The notes beneath the pieces were generated by a model. That model saw only the letters and a program-made list of their open reading frames with translations. It was not told the DNA's origin and ran no database searches. DNA of 52,376 nucleotides. Origin: an uncultured Spirochaetaceae bacterium (lineage in GTDB: Bacteria; Spirochaetota; Spirochaetia; DSM-27196; PWMO01). The stretch is taken from contig CAYPUT010000001.1 in assembly GCA_964413945.1 (NCBI GenBank), forward strand, positions 1 through 52,376. The letters are read 5' to 3'. Position numbers and translations under genes: made by a program. Positions 35,102 to 44,129 of the stretch are shown one piece after another (the first letter of the stretch is position 1; each line of letters begins with the position of its first letter).

Positions 35102-36175
35102 ATGGCCAAGACATCCCAAGCGGCCGGTGGAGCCGCCGGCGGAACGACGACACGACAGAAAGGCTCGGGACACCGAAAGGAGCTTACCGGGCGGCAGAAG
35201 GCGGCCATCTTCCTGGTAACCATGGGATCGGATATTTCCTCGGAGATTTTCAAGCATCTTCGGGAGGACGAAATAGAGGCGCTGACCTTCGAGATCGCGC
35301 GGTTGGAAAACGTCGACTCGGAGGAACGGGACAAGGTATTGATGGAGTTCCAGGAGCTGATGATGGCTCAGGACTTTATCACGACCGGCGGTATCGACTA
35401 TGCCCGGGAGCTGTTGGAAAAATCCCTCGGATCCCAGAAGGCGGTCGATATTATCAACCGGCTTACCTCGAGCCTTCAGGTCCGTCCCTTCGACTTTATT
35501 CGCCGGACCGACCCGACGCACCTGTTGAACTTTATCCAGCAGGAGCATCCGCAAACCATAGCGCTGATTCTCGCGTATCTCGAGCCGCAGAAGGCGTCGA
35601 TTATCCTTTCGAGTCTTCCCCACGAGATGCAGTCCGACGTCGCGAAGCGGATCGCGACGATGGACCGGACCTCTCCGGAGACCTTACGGGAAGTCGAGCG
35701 GGTCCTGGAGAAGAAGCTCTCCACGATCTCGAGCGAGGACTACACCGCCGCCGGCGGCGTAGAGAGCATCGTCGAGATCTTGAACCTGGTCGACCGGTCG
35801 ACGGAGAAGACCATAATCGAGTCCCTCGAAGAGGAAGACCCGGAGCTCGCGGAAGACATCAAGAAGCGCATGTTCGTCTTCGAAGACATCGTCATGCTCG
35901 ACGACCGGGCGATTCAGAAGGTGCTCCGGGAGGTCGACACCACCGAGCTCGCCAAGGCGCTCAAGAGCGTCGACACCGAGGTGCAGGACAAGATCTTCCG
36001 GAACATGTCCAAGCGGGCGGCTACGCTGCTTAAGGAAGACATGGAGTACATGGGGCCGATCCGGATGAAGGACGTAGAAGAGTCCCAGCAGAAGATTGTG
36101 TCGATAATCAGAAAGCTGGAAGAACAGGGCGAGATTGTTGTTGCCCGGGCCGGCGAAGACGAGCTGGTGGTGTAA
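35102..36175 (+). CDS. fliG: Flagellar motor switch protein FliG
   Basis: LTGRQKAAIFLVTMGSDISSEIFKHLREDEIE, MFVFEDI, and the C-terminal torque-helix region are present. The Gly/Thr-rich N-terminal extension resembles spirochete FliG2. Confidence 0.95.
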   Translation: MAKTSQAAGGAAGGTTTRQKGSGHRKELTGRQKAAIFLVTMGSDISSEIFKHLREDEIEALTFEIARLENVDSEERDKVLMEFQELMMAQDFITTGGIDYARELLEKSLGSQKAVDIINRLTSSLQVRPFDFIRRTDPTHLLNFIQQEHPQTIALILAYLEPQKASIILSSLPHEMQSDVAKRIATMDRTSPETLREVERVLEKKLSTISSEDYTAAGGVESIVEILNLVDRSTEKTIIESLEEEDPELAEDIKKRMFVFEDIVMLDDRAIQKVLREVDTTELAKALKSVDTEVQDKIFRNMSKRAATLLKEDMEYMGPIRMKDVEESQQKIVSIIRKLEEQGEIVVARAGEDELVV

Positions 36176-36187
36176 CAAGGAGCCAAG

Positions 36188-37105
36188 GTGGCAAAGAACG
36201 TCTTTCGTTCGAACGAAGTGCGACTCTCCGGGGAGCGGGTGCCGGTTCACGGGCCCGAGGCTCCGGCTGTGGCCCAGGCGGAGCCGGAGTTTCCCGAGGT
36301 TGAGGAGTACGCAGGGCCTACGGTCGAGGATATTCGCCGGGAGGCGGAAGAATTCAAAGCCCGGTGGGACGCCGAACGGGACCAGATGATTCAAGCCGCC
36401 CGGGAAGAGGCGGAACAGATCGTCAAGGAGGCCGAATCGAAGGCCTTCGACGAGGTACGCAGCAAGAACGAACAGGCTCAGACCACCAAGCAGGAGGCCG
36501 AAGAGGAGGCGAACCGTCTCCTCGAAGAGGCGAAAAGCGAGGCGGACCGGCTTCTGTCCGATGCCCGGAGTCAGGCCGACGCTATCGAGCGGGAGGCACG
36601 GGAAAAGGGTGTCGAGCAGGGGGAAGAGAAGGGATTTGCCTCCGGCCGAGGGGAGGTCGACCGGCTAATCGACCGGCTCCACGTAATCATCAACAAGTCG
36701 ATCGAGCGGCGCCACGCCATTATGGAAGAGGCGGAAGGGCAGATCGTCGAGTTGATTCTTCAGATTGCCAAGAAAGTGGTCAAGGTCATTTCCGAAAGCC
36801 AGAAGAATGTCGTGGTAAACAATGTGGTACAGGCGCTCCGGCTACTCAAGTCCAAGTCGGACGTGACCATTCGGGTGAACATGCAGGACCTTCAGATGAC
36901 CAGCGAGCATACCCAGGAGATTATTCGCATGATCGAACGGGTAGGGAACGTCACGGTCGCGGAGGACTCCACGGTAGACCCGGGCGGCGCCATCATAGAG
37001 ACGGATTTTGGGCAGATAGATGCCCGCATATCGAGCCAGCTTCGAGAGATCGAGGATCGAATCCTCCGGCTCTCTCCGATTCGCTCCAAGAGTCAAGAGG
37101 AGTGA
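36188..37105 (+). CDS. fliH: Flagellar export apparatus protein FliH
   Basis: 305-aa ORF between fliG and fliI with a GTG start. It has a Glu-rich coiled-coil followed by a FliH/NtpE-like C-terminal domain (VEDSTVDPGGAIIETDFGQIDARI). Confidence 0.8.
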   Translation: MAKNVFRSNEVRLSGERVPVHGPEAPAVAQAEPEFPEVEEYAGPTVEDIRREAEEFKARWDAERDQMIQAAREEAEQIVKEAESKAFDEVRSKNEQAQTTKQEAEEEANRLLEEAKSEADRLLSDARSQADAIEREAREKGVEQGEEKGFASGRGEVDRLIDRLHVIINKSIERRHAIMEEAEGQIVELILQIAKKVVKVISESQKNVVVNNVVQALRLLKSKSDVTIRVNMQDLQMTSEHTQEIIRMIERVGNVTVAEDSTVDPGGAIIETDFGQIDARISSQLREIEDRILRLSPIRSKSQEE

Positions 37106-37144
37106 GCCGGGGATAGAGTGCTGGGCCATGGGAGGGAGCCCGGG

Positions 37145-38569
37145 ATGAGTCTACTGGACAAATACGCCGCTGTGGTCGAGCGGACCGAGACGATTACCCA
37201 AATCGGACGGGTCTCTCGCGTGCAGGGCCTCTTAATCGAATCCGAGGGTCCCCAGACCTTTCTCGGTGAACAGTGCAAAATCGTCGTTACGGGCCGCAAT
37301 TCCCGCCGGGATTCATCGGTCTGGGCCGAGGTCGTCGGGCTTCGGGGCGGCGCGAGCTATTTGATGCCCTACACCGAGACTCAAGGTATCGAGGTGGGCT
37401 CTCCGGTGGTCGGTACCGGGGAAACCCTCTCCGTACCGGTTTCGGACAAGCTCCTCGGTCGAGTCATCGACTCCCGGGGAATTCCCATGGACGGCAAGGG
37501 CGACGTCGGCTCGGCGATCTTCTATCCCATCTTTAACACGACGCCGGATGTCCTTACCCGGCGCTACATCACCGAACAGGTTATTACGGGAATCCGGGCG
37601 ATCGACGGACTCGTTCCTACCGGAATGGGGCAGCGCCTCGGTATCTTCTCCGGGAGCGGTGTCGGTAAGTCGACCCTCCTCGGGATGATCGCCCGGAACA
37701 CCGAAGCCGACGTCAACGTCATCGCGCTTATCGGCGAGCGGGGACGCGAGGTAAACGACTTTATCAAGCAGGACTTGGGTCCCGAGGGGCTTGCCCGGAG
37801 CGTCCTCGTCGTCTCGACCTCGGATACGCCTCCCTTGTCCCGCCTCCGGGGCGCCTACGTCGCGACGGCGATCGCCGAATACTTTCGGGACCAGGGCAAG
37901 AACGTCATGCTTCTTTTCGATTCCGTGACGCGCTTCGCCCGGGCCCAACGGGAGATCGGCCTTGCCGTGGGAGAGCCACCGGCGACCCGCGGCTTCCCGC
38001 CCTCCGTCTTCTCGACGCTGCCCCGCCTTCTCGAGCGGTGCGGTACCTCGGACAAGGGAACCATCACCGGCTTCTTCGCCATCCTGGTAGAGGGGGACGA
38101 TCTCGACGAGCCGATTTCCGACGCCGTCCGGGGTATTCTCGACGGGCATCTGGTTCTGAGTAGGCGGCTCGCCCAGCGGAACCACTACCCGGCGATCGAC
38201 GTTATCGGCTCGGTCTCCCGGCTCAGCGAGCGGATCGCCCGGGAGGAGATCAAGGGCGCCGGACGGAAGGTGCGGCGCCTCCTTGCGCGGTACACCGAGA
38301 GCGAAGATCTTATCAATGTCGGCGCCTACGTTCGGGGGAGCGACGCCGAGCTCGACGAGGCGGTGGAACGGATGCCGATGATAAACCGTTTTCTCCAGCA
38401 GGGAATCGAAGAGAAGAGCAGCCTCGACGAGACGGCGGAGCTCCTCAACCGGGTCGCGGGAGAGGTCGAAGAGGCACCTCAGGCAGAAACGGACGTTCTC
38501 GCAGGCCTCGGTGCCGAAGACGCTACTGCCTCGGTTACCAGTCTCTTCGAGGAGACGCAAAATGCGTAG
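37145..38569 (+). CDS. fliI: Flagellum-specific ATPase FliI
   Basis: Walker A GIFSGSGVGKSTLLG, Walker B MLLFDSVTRFARA, and the F1/T3SS ATPase fold pattern are present. I prefer ATG 37145 over the ORF-track GTG 37118. Confidence 0.95.
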   Translation: MSLLDKYAAVVERTETITQIGRVSRVQGLLIESEGPQTFLGEQCKIVVTGRNSRRDSSVWAEVVGLRGGASYLMPYTETQGIEVGSPVVGTGETLSVPVSDKLLGRVIDSRGIPMDGKGDVGSAIFYPIFNTTPDVLTRRYITEQVITGIRAIDGLVPTGMGQRLGIFSGSGVGKSTLLGMIARNTEADVNVIALIGERGREVNDFIKQDLGPEGLARSVLVVSTSDTPPLSRLRGAYVATAIAEYFRDQGKNVMLLFDSVTRFARAQREIGLAVGEPPATRGFPPSVFSTLPRLLERCGTSDKGTITGFFAILVEGDDLDEPISDAVRGILDGHLVLSRRLAQRNHYPAIDVIGSVSRLSERIAREEIKGAGRKVRRLLARYTESEDLINVGAYVRGSDAELDEAVERMPMINRFLQQGIEEKSSLDETAELLNRVAGEVEEAPQAETDVLAGLGAEDATASVTSLFEETQNA

Positions 38570-39011
38570 GTTTTCTTTCGGCCTCGAAGGTCTTCTGAAG
38601 GTGCGAAAACACCACGAACACGAACGAGAGCTGACGTTAGGCCGGGCGACCGCGAAGTACGAGCAGCTTCTGAATCAGATGCGAACCCTAAGACAGGAAA
38701 AGGAGGCCACCGTCGCAGCGATGCGGGGGGTGGACCTTTCGGCGCGGTTGTCCCAGGGGGCCTATCTCCAGCTCTTGGAACAAAGCTTGGAGGAGCTCGA
38801 TGGACGGCGCCGGCAACTCGAGGCGTCCAGAAACGAGGCACTCGGCGAGTATACCCGGGCTCTCAAGGAGCGGAAGGTTATCGACAACCTGAGAGAGCGC
38901 CGGGCCCGGGAGCACTACCACGAAGAGGCCCGGCACGCCGACCGGGAGCTGAACGAAATCGGAAGTATCCGGGCGGCCGTACGTCGTAACGAGGAGGAAC
39001 AGCATGGTTAG
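38562..39011 (+). CDS. fliJ: Flagellar export chaperone FliJ-like protein
   Basis: 149-aa all-coiled-coil ORF immediately after fliI. The start at ATG 38562 overlaps the fliI stop. The call is by position and architecture. Confidence 0.7.
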   Translation: MRRFSFGLEGLLKVRKHHEHERELTLGRATAKYEQLLNQMRTLRQEKEATVAAMRGVDLSARLSQGAYLQLLEQSLEELDGRRRQLEASRNEALGEYTRALKERKVIDNLRERRAREHYHEEARHADRELNEIGSIRAAVRRNEEEQHG

Positions 39012-39624
39012 AATGGGGCGTCCGCGCGCCTTTCCAAGGATCTTACTCTTTGGGCTGTTGCTCTTGGTTCTCCTTGCCGGGGGGCTTCTCTGGTTCGACT
39101 ATCTCGGCCTCGTCGACGCTGTCTCGATCATACGGCCGGCGGCCTCCGCCGTCGGTCTCTCGGAAGGCGGCCAGGCAGACCCTACGGATCCGGGGCTCCT
39201 CGATGCCGCCCGGGAGCAGAAGGCCGAGGACGCTCTTGCTCTCCGGGAGGAGGAGCTTGCTCGTCAGGAGGAAGAGTTAGAGGCGAGGGCCGCTGAATTG
39301 GAGGTTTTAGAGCAAGAACTCCGGGATCGGGAGGCGGAGCTGGCCGAACGAGAAGTTTCCTTTAACCAGCGCGTTGAACAGTACGAGAATAGAAGAGCAG
39401 TGCTGGAACAAAACGCGCGGGATCTGACGAATATGCCCCCGAATACCGCGGTGGACATACTCGTAGGCTACGAGGATCAGCTCCTTATCGATACCCTACG
39501 GGTAACCGAAGAGCTGGCCCAGGCCGCCGGAGAGGTCTCTCTGGTGCCTGTCTGGCTTGCCAGAATGCCGGCGGATCGTGTTGCGACTATCCAGCGCAAA
39601 ATGACGGTCAAGCCGGAGGAGTGA
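39004..39624 (+). CDS. flbB: FlbB-like flagellar protein (TM anchor + coiled-coil + MotE/MgtE_N-like C-terminus)
   Basis: 206-aa ORF with an N-terminal TM helix (ILLFGLLLLVLLAGGLLWF) and a Glu/Arg-rich coiled coil. It sits between fliJ and fliK, as in Borrelia/Treponema motility operons. Confidence 0.6.
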   Translation: MVRMGRPRAFPRILLFGLLLLVLLAGGLLWFDYLGLVDAVSIIRPAASAVGLSEGGQADPTDPGLLDAAREQKAEDALALREEELARQEEELEARAAELEVLEQELRDREAELAEREVSFNQRVEQYENRRAVLEQNARDLTNMPPNTAVDILVGYEDQLLIDTLRVTEELAQAAGEVSLVPVWLARMPADRVATIQRKMTVKPEE

Positions 39625-39847
39625 CATTACTCAGTTTCTCGATCTAAACCAGAGTCTCACCACCGATTACACGGCCTTCGGGGTTCAGTCCCGGCCCCTT
39701 TCCGGGGGCCTCCCTCCGGGCGGAAGCTACCCAGGGCCCGGAGACCTTGCCGGCGACAACGCCGTTTCCGCGGGCAGCTTCCACAGCGAGCTCGAGGCCG
39801 CGCTCCGGCGGGCCGACGTCTCCCCCGAGGGTCCCGAGGAGCAGCGA

Positions 39848-41260
39848 GTGGCTTACGAGGCTGCAGACCAGAGCCGTCGTCTCGAAGACTCCCCCCGGGA
39901 GGATGTTTCCCGGGCCCCGGAGGCGGCAGAAAGAAAAAGCAAGGCTCAAAACACCGGGGAACAAAACATCGCAGAACAGAACCCCGCGGACCGGAAGGCC
40001 GCCGACGAGGACGCCCGGGAGCGAAACGTTCAGGAGAAAAACGTCCAGGACGAAAAGGCCCGGGACAAAAACGCCGAGGATCCGCCTGAGGCGAAGTCCC
40101 CCTCGGAGGCGTCCCGGAACCGAAAGGACGACGCCAGGGTTGTTAAGGGTGGAAGCGGAGCCGAATCCGAAGAATCCGCCGAAGGTGCCGAAGGAGACAA
40201 ACGGCGCCGGCTTTTCGAGTTCCGGGATACCGGCAAATCGATCGACGAGAAATCCCTGCAAGCCGTGGGGATTGCCCACACCGAAGGCGATGTCCCGAAG
40301 AGCCGGAAGCTCTCCCCGGTGTTGAAAAGCGGCGGCAGTCTTGCCTCCGAGTTCGGCCCCCCTTCGGCAGAGGCGGGGACGGTGGAAAACGCGTCCCGAC
40401 CCGGCGAACCTGACAAGGGTACCAAACCGGCGGGCGAGGCCGGCCTTCGATCGGTTCGAGGAAACGCCGAGGCGGCGCAGGGTGCCAAGGGAGTAGCCGC
40501 GTCGAATCTGAGCGCCCGGGAGATTCCCCGGAGCCCGCTCGACAACGGAAACCGCAAAGGAATCCGGCCCGCCGGCGAAGAGGATGCCCAGGGAGACAAG
40601 GATGCCGGGAAGAACGCGATTCGTACCACGGTCGTTTCCCGGAGCCGAAACTCCGGGGAGACCGACGGATCCGGGGGACGCCAATCGGTCCTCCGGGACT
40701 TCTCCGGCCGAAGCGATCCTTCGGTTGTCAAGGAAGCCTCCGACGGTCCCCGTTTCGATGCCCCGGCTCCGGAGGCCGCCCGTTCGGGTTCCGGGTCGGT
40801 AAACAGCAGCAGCTTAGAGGGCGGCCGGGACGTCGCGCCGCGGCATCTTCAGCAGCAGCTCAAAGATTTCGCAACCGGGGACGTCGTTCGACACGCACGG
40901 TTCGTAATCAAGGAGAACGCCGGGGGGGAAATCCGGCTACTGTTGAAGCCCGAACAGCTCGGAACCGTCCGGGTGCGTCTCGAAGTTCAGGATAATCGTA
41001 TAGCCGGGCGGATTATTGTCGAAAATACTACTGTGAGGGATGCTTTCGAACAGACCCTCTCGGATCTGCACCGCGCGTTCCGGGAAGCGGGACTGGAGAC
41101 CGGAAGCTTGGAGGTAACCGTCGGAGAAGACGGTCAGACTTCCGGGCGGCAGTCGACGGCGCAGGGGCGGAGAGCCCGGGCCGTCGAAGAGCTTGCGGAA
41201 AGCGTTCCCACCGTAATCGGAGAGCTCGACGAGCCCCGAATGATAAACGTGTACGCCTAG
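39848..41260 (+). CDS. fliK: Flagellar hook-length control protein FliK (Tap1/FlbC-like)
   Basis: The C-terminal Flg_hook-type domain reads IRLLLKPEQLGTVRVRLEVQDNRIAGRIIVENTTVRDAFEQTLSDLHRAFREAGL. The N-terminal two-thirds is low-complexity and charged. GTG 39848 has a GAGGAG Shine-Dalgarno 6 nt upstream. The frame stays open back to 39605 (see findings). Confidence 0.8.
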   Translation: MAYEAADQSRRLEDSPREDVSRAPEAAERKSKAQNTGEQNIAEQNPADRKAADEDARERNVQEKNVQDEKARDKNAEDPPEAKSPSEASRNRKDDARVVKGGSGAESEESAEGAEGDKRRRLFEFRDTGKSIDEKSLQAVGIAHTEGDVPKSRKLSPVLKSGGSLASEFGPPSAEAGTVENASRPGEPDKGTKPAGEAGLRSVRGNAEAAQGAKGVAASNLSAREIPRSPLDNGNRKGIRPAGEEDAQGDKDAGKNAIRTTVVSRSRNSGETDGSGGRQSVLRDFSGRSDPSVVKEASDGPRFDAPAPEAARSGSGSVNSSSLEGGRDVAPRHLQQQLKDFATGDVVRHARFVIKENAGGEIRLLLKPEQLGTVRVRLEVQDNRIAGRIIVENTTVRDAFEQTLSDLHRAFREAGLETGSLEVTVGEDGQTSGRQSTAQGRRARAVEELAESVPTVIGELDEPRMINVYA

Positions 41261-41273
41261 ACAGAGGAGTGAT

Positions 41274-41708
41274 ATGGACATTTCCCAAACCCTTTCGATA
41301 CAGGAACAGTCGACAACTCAGAGCCAGGTTGATGCCTTTAACGCCGCCTTGGGAAACGGACGGAGTGCATCCAACAGCCTCGGCAAGGACGACTTTCTCT
41401 CGCTTCTTATCACTCAGTTACAGAACCAGGATCCGACCTCGCCGATGGAGGACCGGGAGTTTATCGCGCAGATGGCTCAGTTCTCCACCCTGGAACAGAT
41501 GACGAACATGTCCAACGGCTTCGCCCAGGTTACGAACCTGATCAACTCGAGTCAGGCACTGGGGCTGATCGGAAAGCAGGTGGAGGTTGTTCAGGGGAGC
41601 TCGGCGATTACCGGAAAGGTAACCGAGGTATCTACCGGGGATTTTCCCCAGGTACGCATCGACGGAACATACTACGACTTAGACGCCGTTGCGCGGGTAA
41701 TGGAATAG
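41274..41708 (+). CDS. flgD: Flagellar hook capping/assembly protein FlgD
   Basis: LGKDDFLSLLITQLQNQDPTSPMEDREFIAQMAQFSTLEQM is the FlgD signature. Confidence 0.9.
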   Translation: MDISQTLSIQEQSTTQSQVDAFNAALGNGRSASNSLGKDDFLSLLITQLQNQDPTSPMEDREFIAQMAQFSTLEQMTNMSNGFAQVTNLINSSQALGLIGKQVEVVQGSSAITGKVTEVSTGDFPQVRIDGTYYDLDAVARVME

Positions 41709-41721
41709 GGGGCACAAAGCT

Positions 41722-43131
41722 ATGATGCGATCACTGTACTCCGGTGTGTCCGGTCTTCAGAATCATCAGATCAGAATGGACGTTATCGGAAACAATGTCT
41801 CCAACGTCAACACCACGGGCTTCAAGAAGGGCCGGGTGAACTTTCAGGATATGATCTCCCAGACCCTCCAGGGCGCGGCGCGTCCCCGGGTCGAGGTCGG
41901 CGGCGTGAACCCGCAGCAGGTCGGCCTGGGCATGATGGTAGCGTCCATCGACACCATCCACACGCAGGGTTCCCTCCAGACCTCCGGCGTCAAGAGCGAC
42001 GTGGCCCTCCAGGGCAGCGGGTTCTTCGTCATGCGAAACGGCGACCAGAATCTCTACACCCGGAACGGCGCCTTCGGCCTCGACGAAGACGGAGACCTCG
42101 TGAACCCCGCCAACGGACTACGCGTACAGGGATGGATGGCCCAGACCATTGACGATCAGACGCTTATCAATCCCTCGGGACCCCTGGAGGACTTGAATAT
42201 ACCCATCGGCGGAAAGGATCCGGCCCGGGAAACGACCGAAATCTTTCTAGCGAGTAACCTCAATAAGAACACGCCGGTTATCCCCCCGGGAGCGACCCAG
42301 GCGGAGATTCAAGAGGGAACCTGGACCGTGGAGTACGACATCTACGACTCCTTCGGCAATACCCACACCCTCCGGGTCAATTTTTCCCGGGTCAACGGCG
42401 AGCCGAACCAGTGGCAGGCAGAGATGCTCGTCAACCCCGAAGACGACATCCCGGTCGCTCAGAACGTTTCGGTCGGCGGGACGCAGAGCGCCGACGGCCA
42501 AACCTTTCTGGTTAACTTTGCCAACGACGGTACCATCGAGAGCGTAACCAATCCCCAAGGGGGGATCGTCGATACCGGAGCGCTGTCGGTGCAGGGGAGC
42601 TTCGAAGTTCCCGAGGCCTCCATTCCCGTGGACGCCGACACCGGAGCACCCGGGGCCCCGGTAACCCAGACCTTCAGCCTAAACCTCGGAGAGGTGGGTG
42701 CCTTCGTAGATTCGATGACCCAGTACGCCTCCGAGAGCTCGACCAAGGTCTTTAGCCAGAACGGATACGGCATGGGCTACCTCGAGGACTACCGGATCGA
42801 CCAGTCCGGTGTTATCACCGGCATCTATTCCAACGGGACCAACCGGGCCATCGGCCAGATTGCCCTCGCTTCGTTTACCAACCCCGGGGGACTTGAGAAG
42901 TCCGGAGAGAATAACTATCTTGAGACCATAAACTCTGGAATCGCCAATATTGGCGCGTCCGGAACCGCCGGGAAGGGTAAGGTCGTAGCCGGAACCCTGG
43001 AGATGAGCAACGTCGATCTTGCCGAGCAGTTTACCGACATGATCGTCACCCAACGAGGATTCCAGGCCAACTCTCGGACAATCACAACGTCCGACCAGAT
43101 GCTCCAAGAGATTCTGGGTCTCAAGCGGTAA
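41722..43131 (+). CDS. flgE: Flagellar hook protein FlgE
   Basis: MMRSLYSGVSGLQNHQIRMDVIGNNVSNVNTTGFK is at the N-terminus and LEMSNVDLAEQFTDMIVTQRGFQANSRTITTSDQMLQEIL is at the C-terminus. Confidence 0.95.
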   Translation: MMRSLYSGVSGLQNHQIRMDVIGNNVSNVNTTGFKKGRVNFQDMISQTLQGAARPRVEVGGVNPQQVGLGMMVASIDTIHTQGSLQTSGVKSDVALQGSGFFVMRNGDQNLYTRNGAFGLDEDGDLVNPANGLRVQGWMAQTIDDQTLINPSGPLEDLNIPIGGKDPARETTEIFLASNLNKNTPVIPPGATQAEIQEGTWTVEYDIYDSFGNTHTLRVNFSRVNGEPNQWQAEMLVNPEDDIPVAQNVSVGGTQSADGQTFLVNFANDGTIESVTNPQGGIVDTGALSVQGSFEVPEASIPVDADTGAPGAPVTQTFSLNLGEVGAFVDSMTQYASESSTKVFSQNGYGMGYLEDYRIDQSGVITGIYSNGTNRAIGQIALASFTNPGGLEKSGENNYLETINSGIANIGASGTAGKGKVVAGTLEMSNVDLAEQFTDMIVTQRGFQANSRTITTSDQMLQEILGLKR

Positions 43132-43144
43132 GATATGGACGTAG

Positions 43145-43342
43145 ATGATTACGGTAACAAGACTTGATGGAAAGGTTTATCACGTAAATCCACATCAGAT
43201 CGAATACGTTGAGTCGAATCCCGATACTACTCTGATAATGCTCTCGGGTAAGCGTCTCGTGGTCCAGGAAGACTACGAGACGCTTCTTGATCGGATTGTC
43301 GACTATCGCAGCCGTATCGGCGCATTCAAGAACGAGGAGTAG
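43145..43342 (+). CDS. flbD: Flagellar protein FlbD
   Basis: 65-aa ORF. MITVTRLDGKVYHVNPHQIEYVESNPDTTLIMLSGKRLVVQE matches the FlbD family. It sits between flgE and motA. Confidence 0.85.
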   Translation: MITVTRLDGKVYHVNPHQIEYVESNPDTTLIMLSGKRLVVQEDYETLLDRIVDYRSRIGAFKNEE

Positions 43343-43344
43343 CC

Positions 43345-44127
43345 GTGGATCTCGGAACAATTATAGGCATCGGCGCGGGATTCATACTGATCCTGATGGC
43401 GATTATCACCTCCGGTGGTAGCCTGCTTTCCTATTTGAACCTACCGTCCTTTATCATGGTCCTCGGCGGATCCTTCGCCGCGATGTTGGTCGCCAACCCG
43501 ATGAGCCGGATGCTCGGGATCATGCGCTTTCTTAACCATGCGATCCGGACTCCGGACTGGCAGGAAGAGCGGATTATCAACGAGCTGGTCGGCTTCTCCG
43601 AGCGCGCGAGGCGCGAGGGGCTCTTGGCGCTGGAGGATAACCTCGACCAGGTCGAAGACGAGTTTATGCGCAAAGGGATCCAGTTGGTCGTCGACGGAAC
43701 GGACCCGGATATCATCAAGAATATCCTCTACAACGATCTAAATCAGATTCAGAGCCGACACGAAGTCGGCATAAAGATCTTTGACGACTGGGGAAAGATT
43801 GCCCCGGCCTTCGGTATGATCGGAACCCTCGCGGGGCTTATCGCGATGTTGGCGAACCTCGAAGACTCGAGCTCCATCGGATCGGGGATGGCCTTGGCCC
43901 TTATTACGACCATGTACGGCGCGATCTTCGCCAACCTGGTTCTGATACCGATAAAGAGCAAGCTCGAGGACCGGGACCGGGAGGAGACCCGGGTAAAGGA
44001 AGTTATTATCGAGGGGATTCTCTCGATCCAGTCCGGGGATAACCCCCGGATTCTTCTGGAGAAGCTCGTCTCCTTTCTCCCGCCGCGGCAGCGAGAGGTC
44101 ATCCGGCAGGAATCCGGTAAGGACTAA
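43345..44127 (+). CDS. motA: Flagellar motor stator protein MotA
   Basis: 260-aa ORF with 4 TM helices. GKIAPAFGMIGTLAGLIAML and MALALITTMYGAIFANLVLIP are MotA/TolQ/ExbB channel motifs. GTG start. Confidence 0.95.
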   Translation: MDLGTIIGIGAGFILILMAIITSGGSLLSYLNLPSFIMVLGGSFAAMLVANPMSRMLGIMRFLNHAIRTPDWQEERIINELVGFSERARREGLLALEDNLDQVEDEFMRKGIQLVVDGTDPDIIKNILYNDLNQIQSRHEVGIKIFDDWGKIAPAFGMIGTLAGLIAMLANLEDSSSIGSGMALALITTMYGAIFANLVLIPIKSKLEDRDREETRVKEVIIEGILSIQSGDNPRILLEKLVSFLPPRQREVIRQESGKD

Positions 44128-44129
44128 TT

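Noticed and set aside
39890-40200. Repetitive, charged, low-complexity DNA in fliK (AAAAC/GAAAA-rich, encoding ...NTGEQNIAEQNPADRKAADEDARERNVQEKNVQDEKARDKNAED...), considered as a tandem repeat or CRISPR-like array.
   Set aside because: There are no regular repeat-spacer units. It is in frame within fliK, and low-complexity central regions are typical of hook-length rulers.
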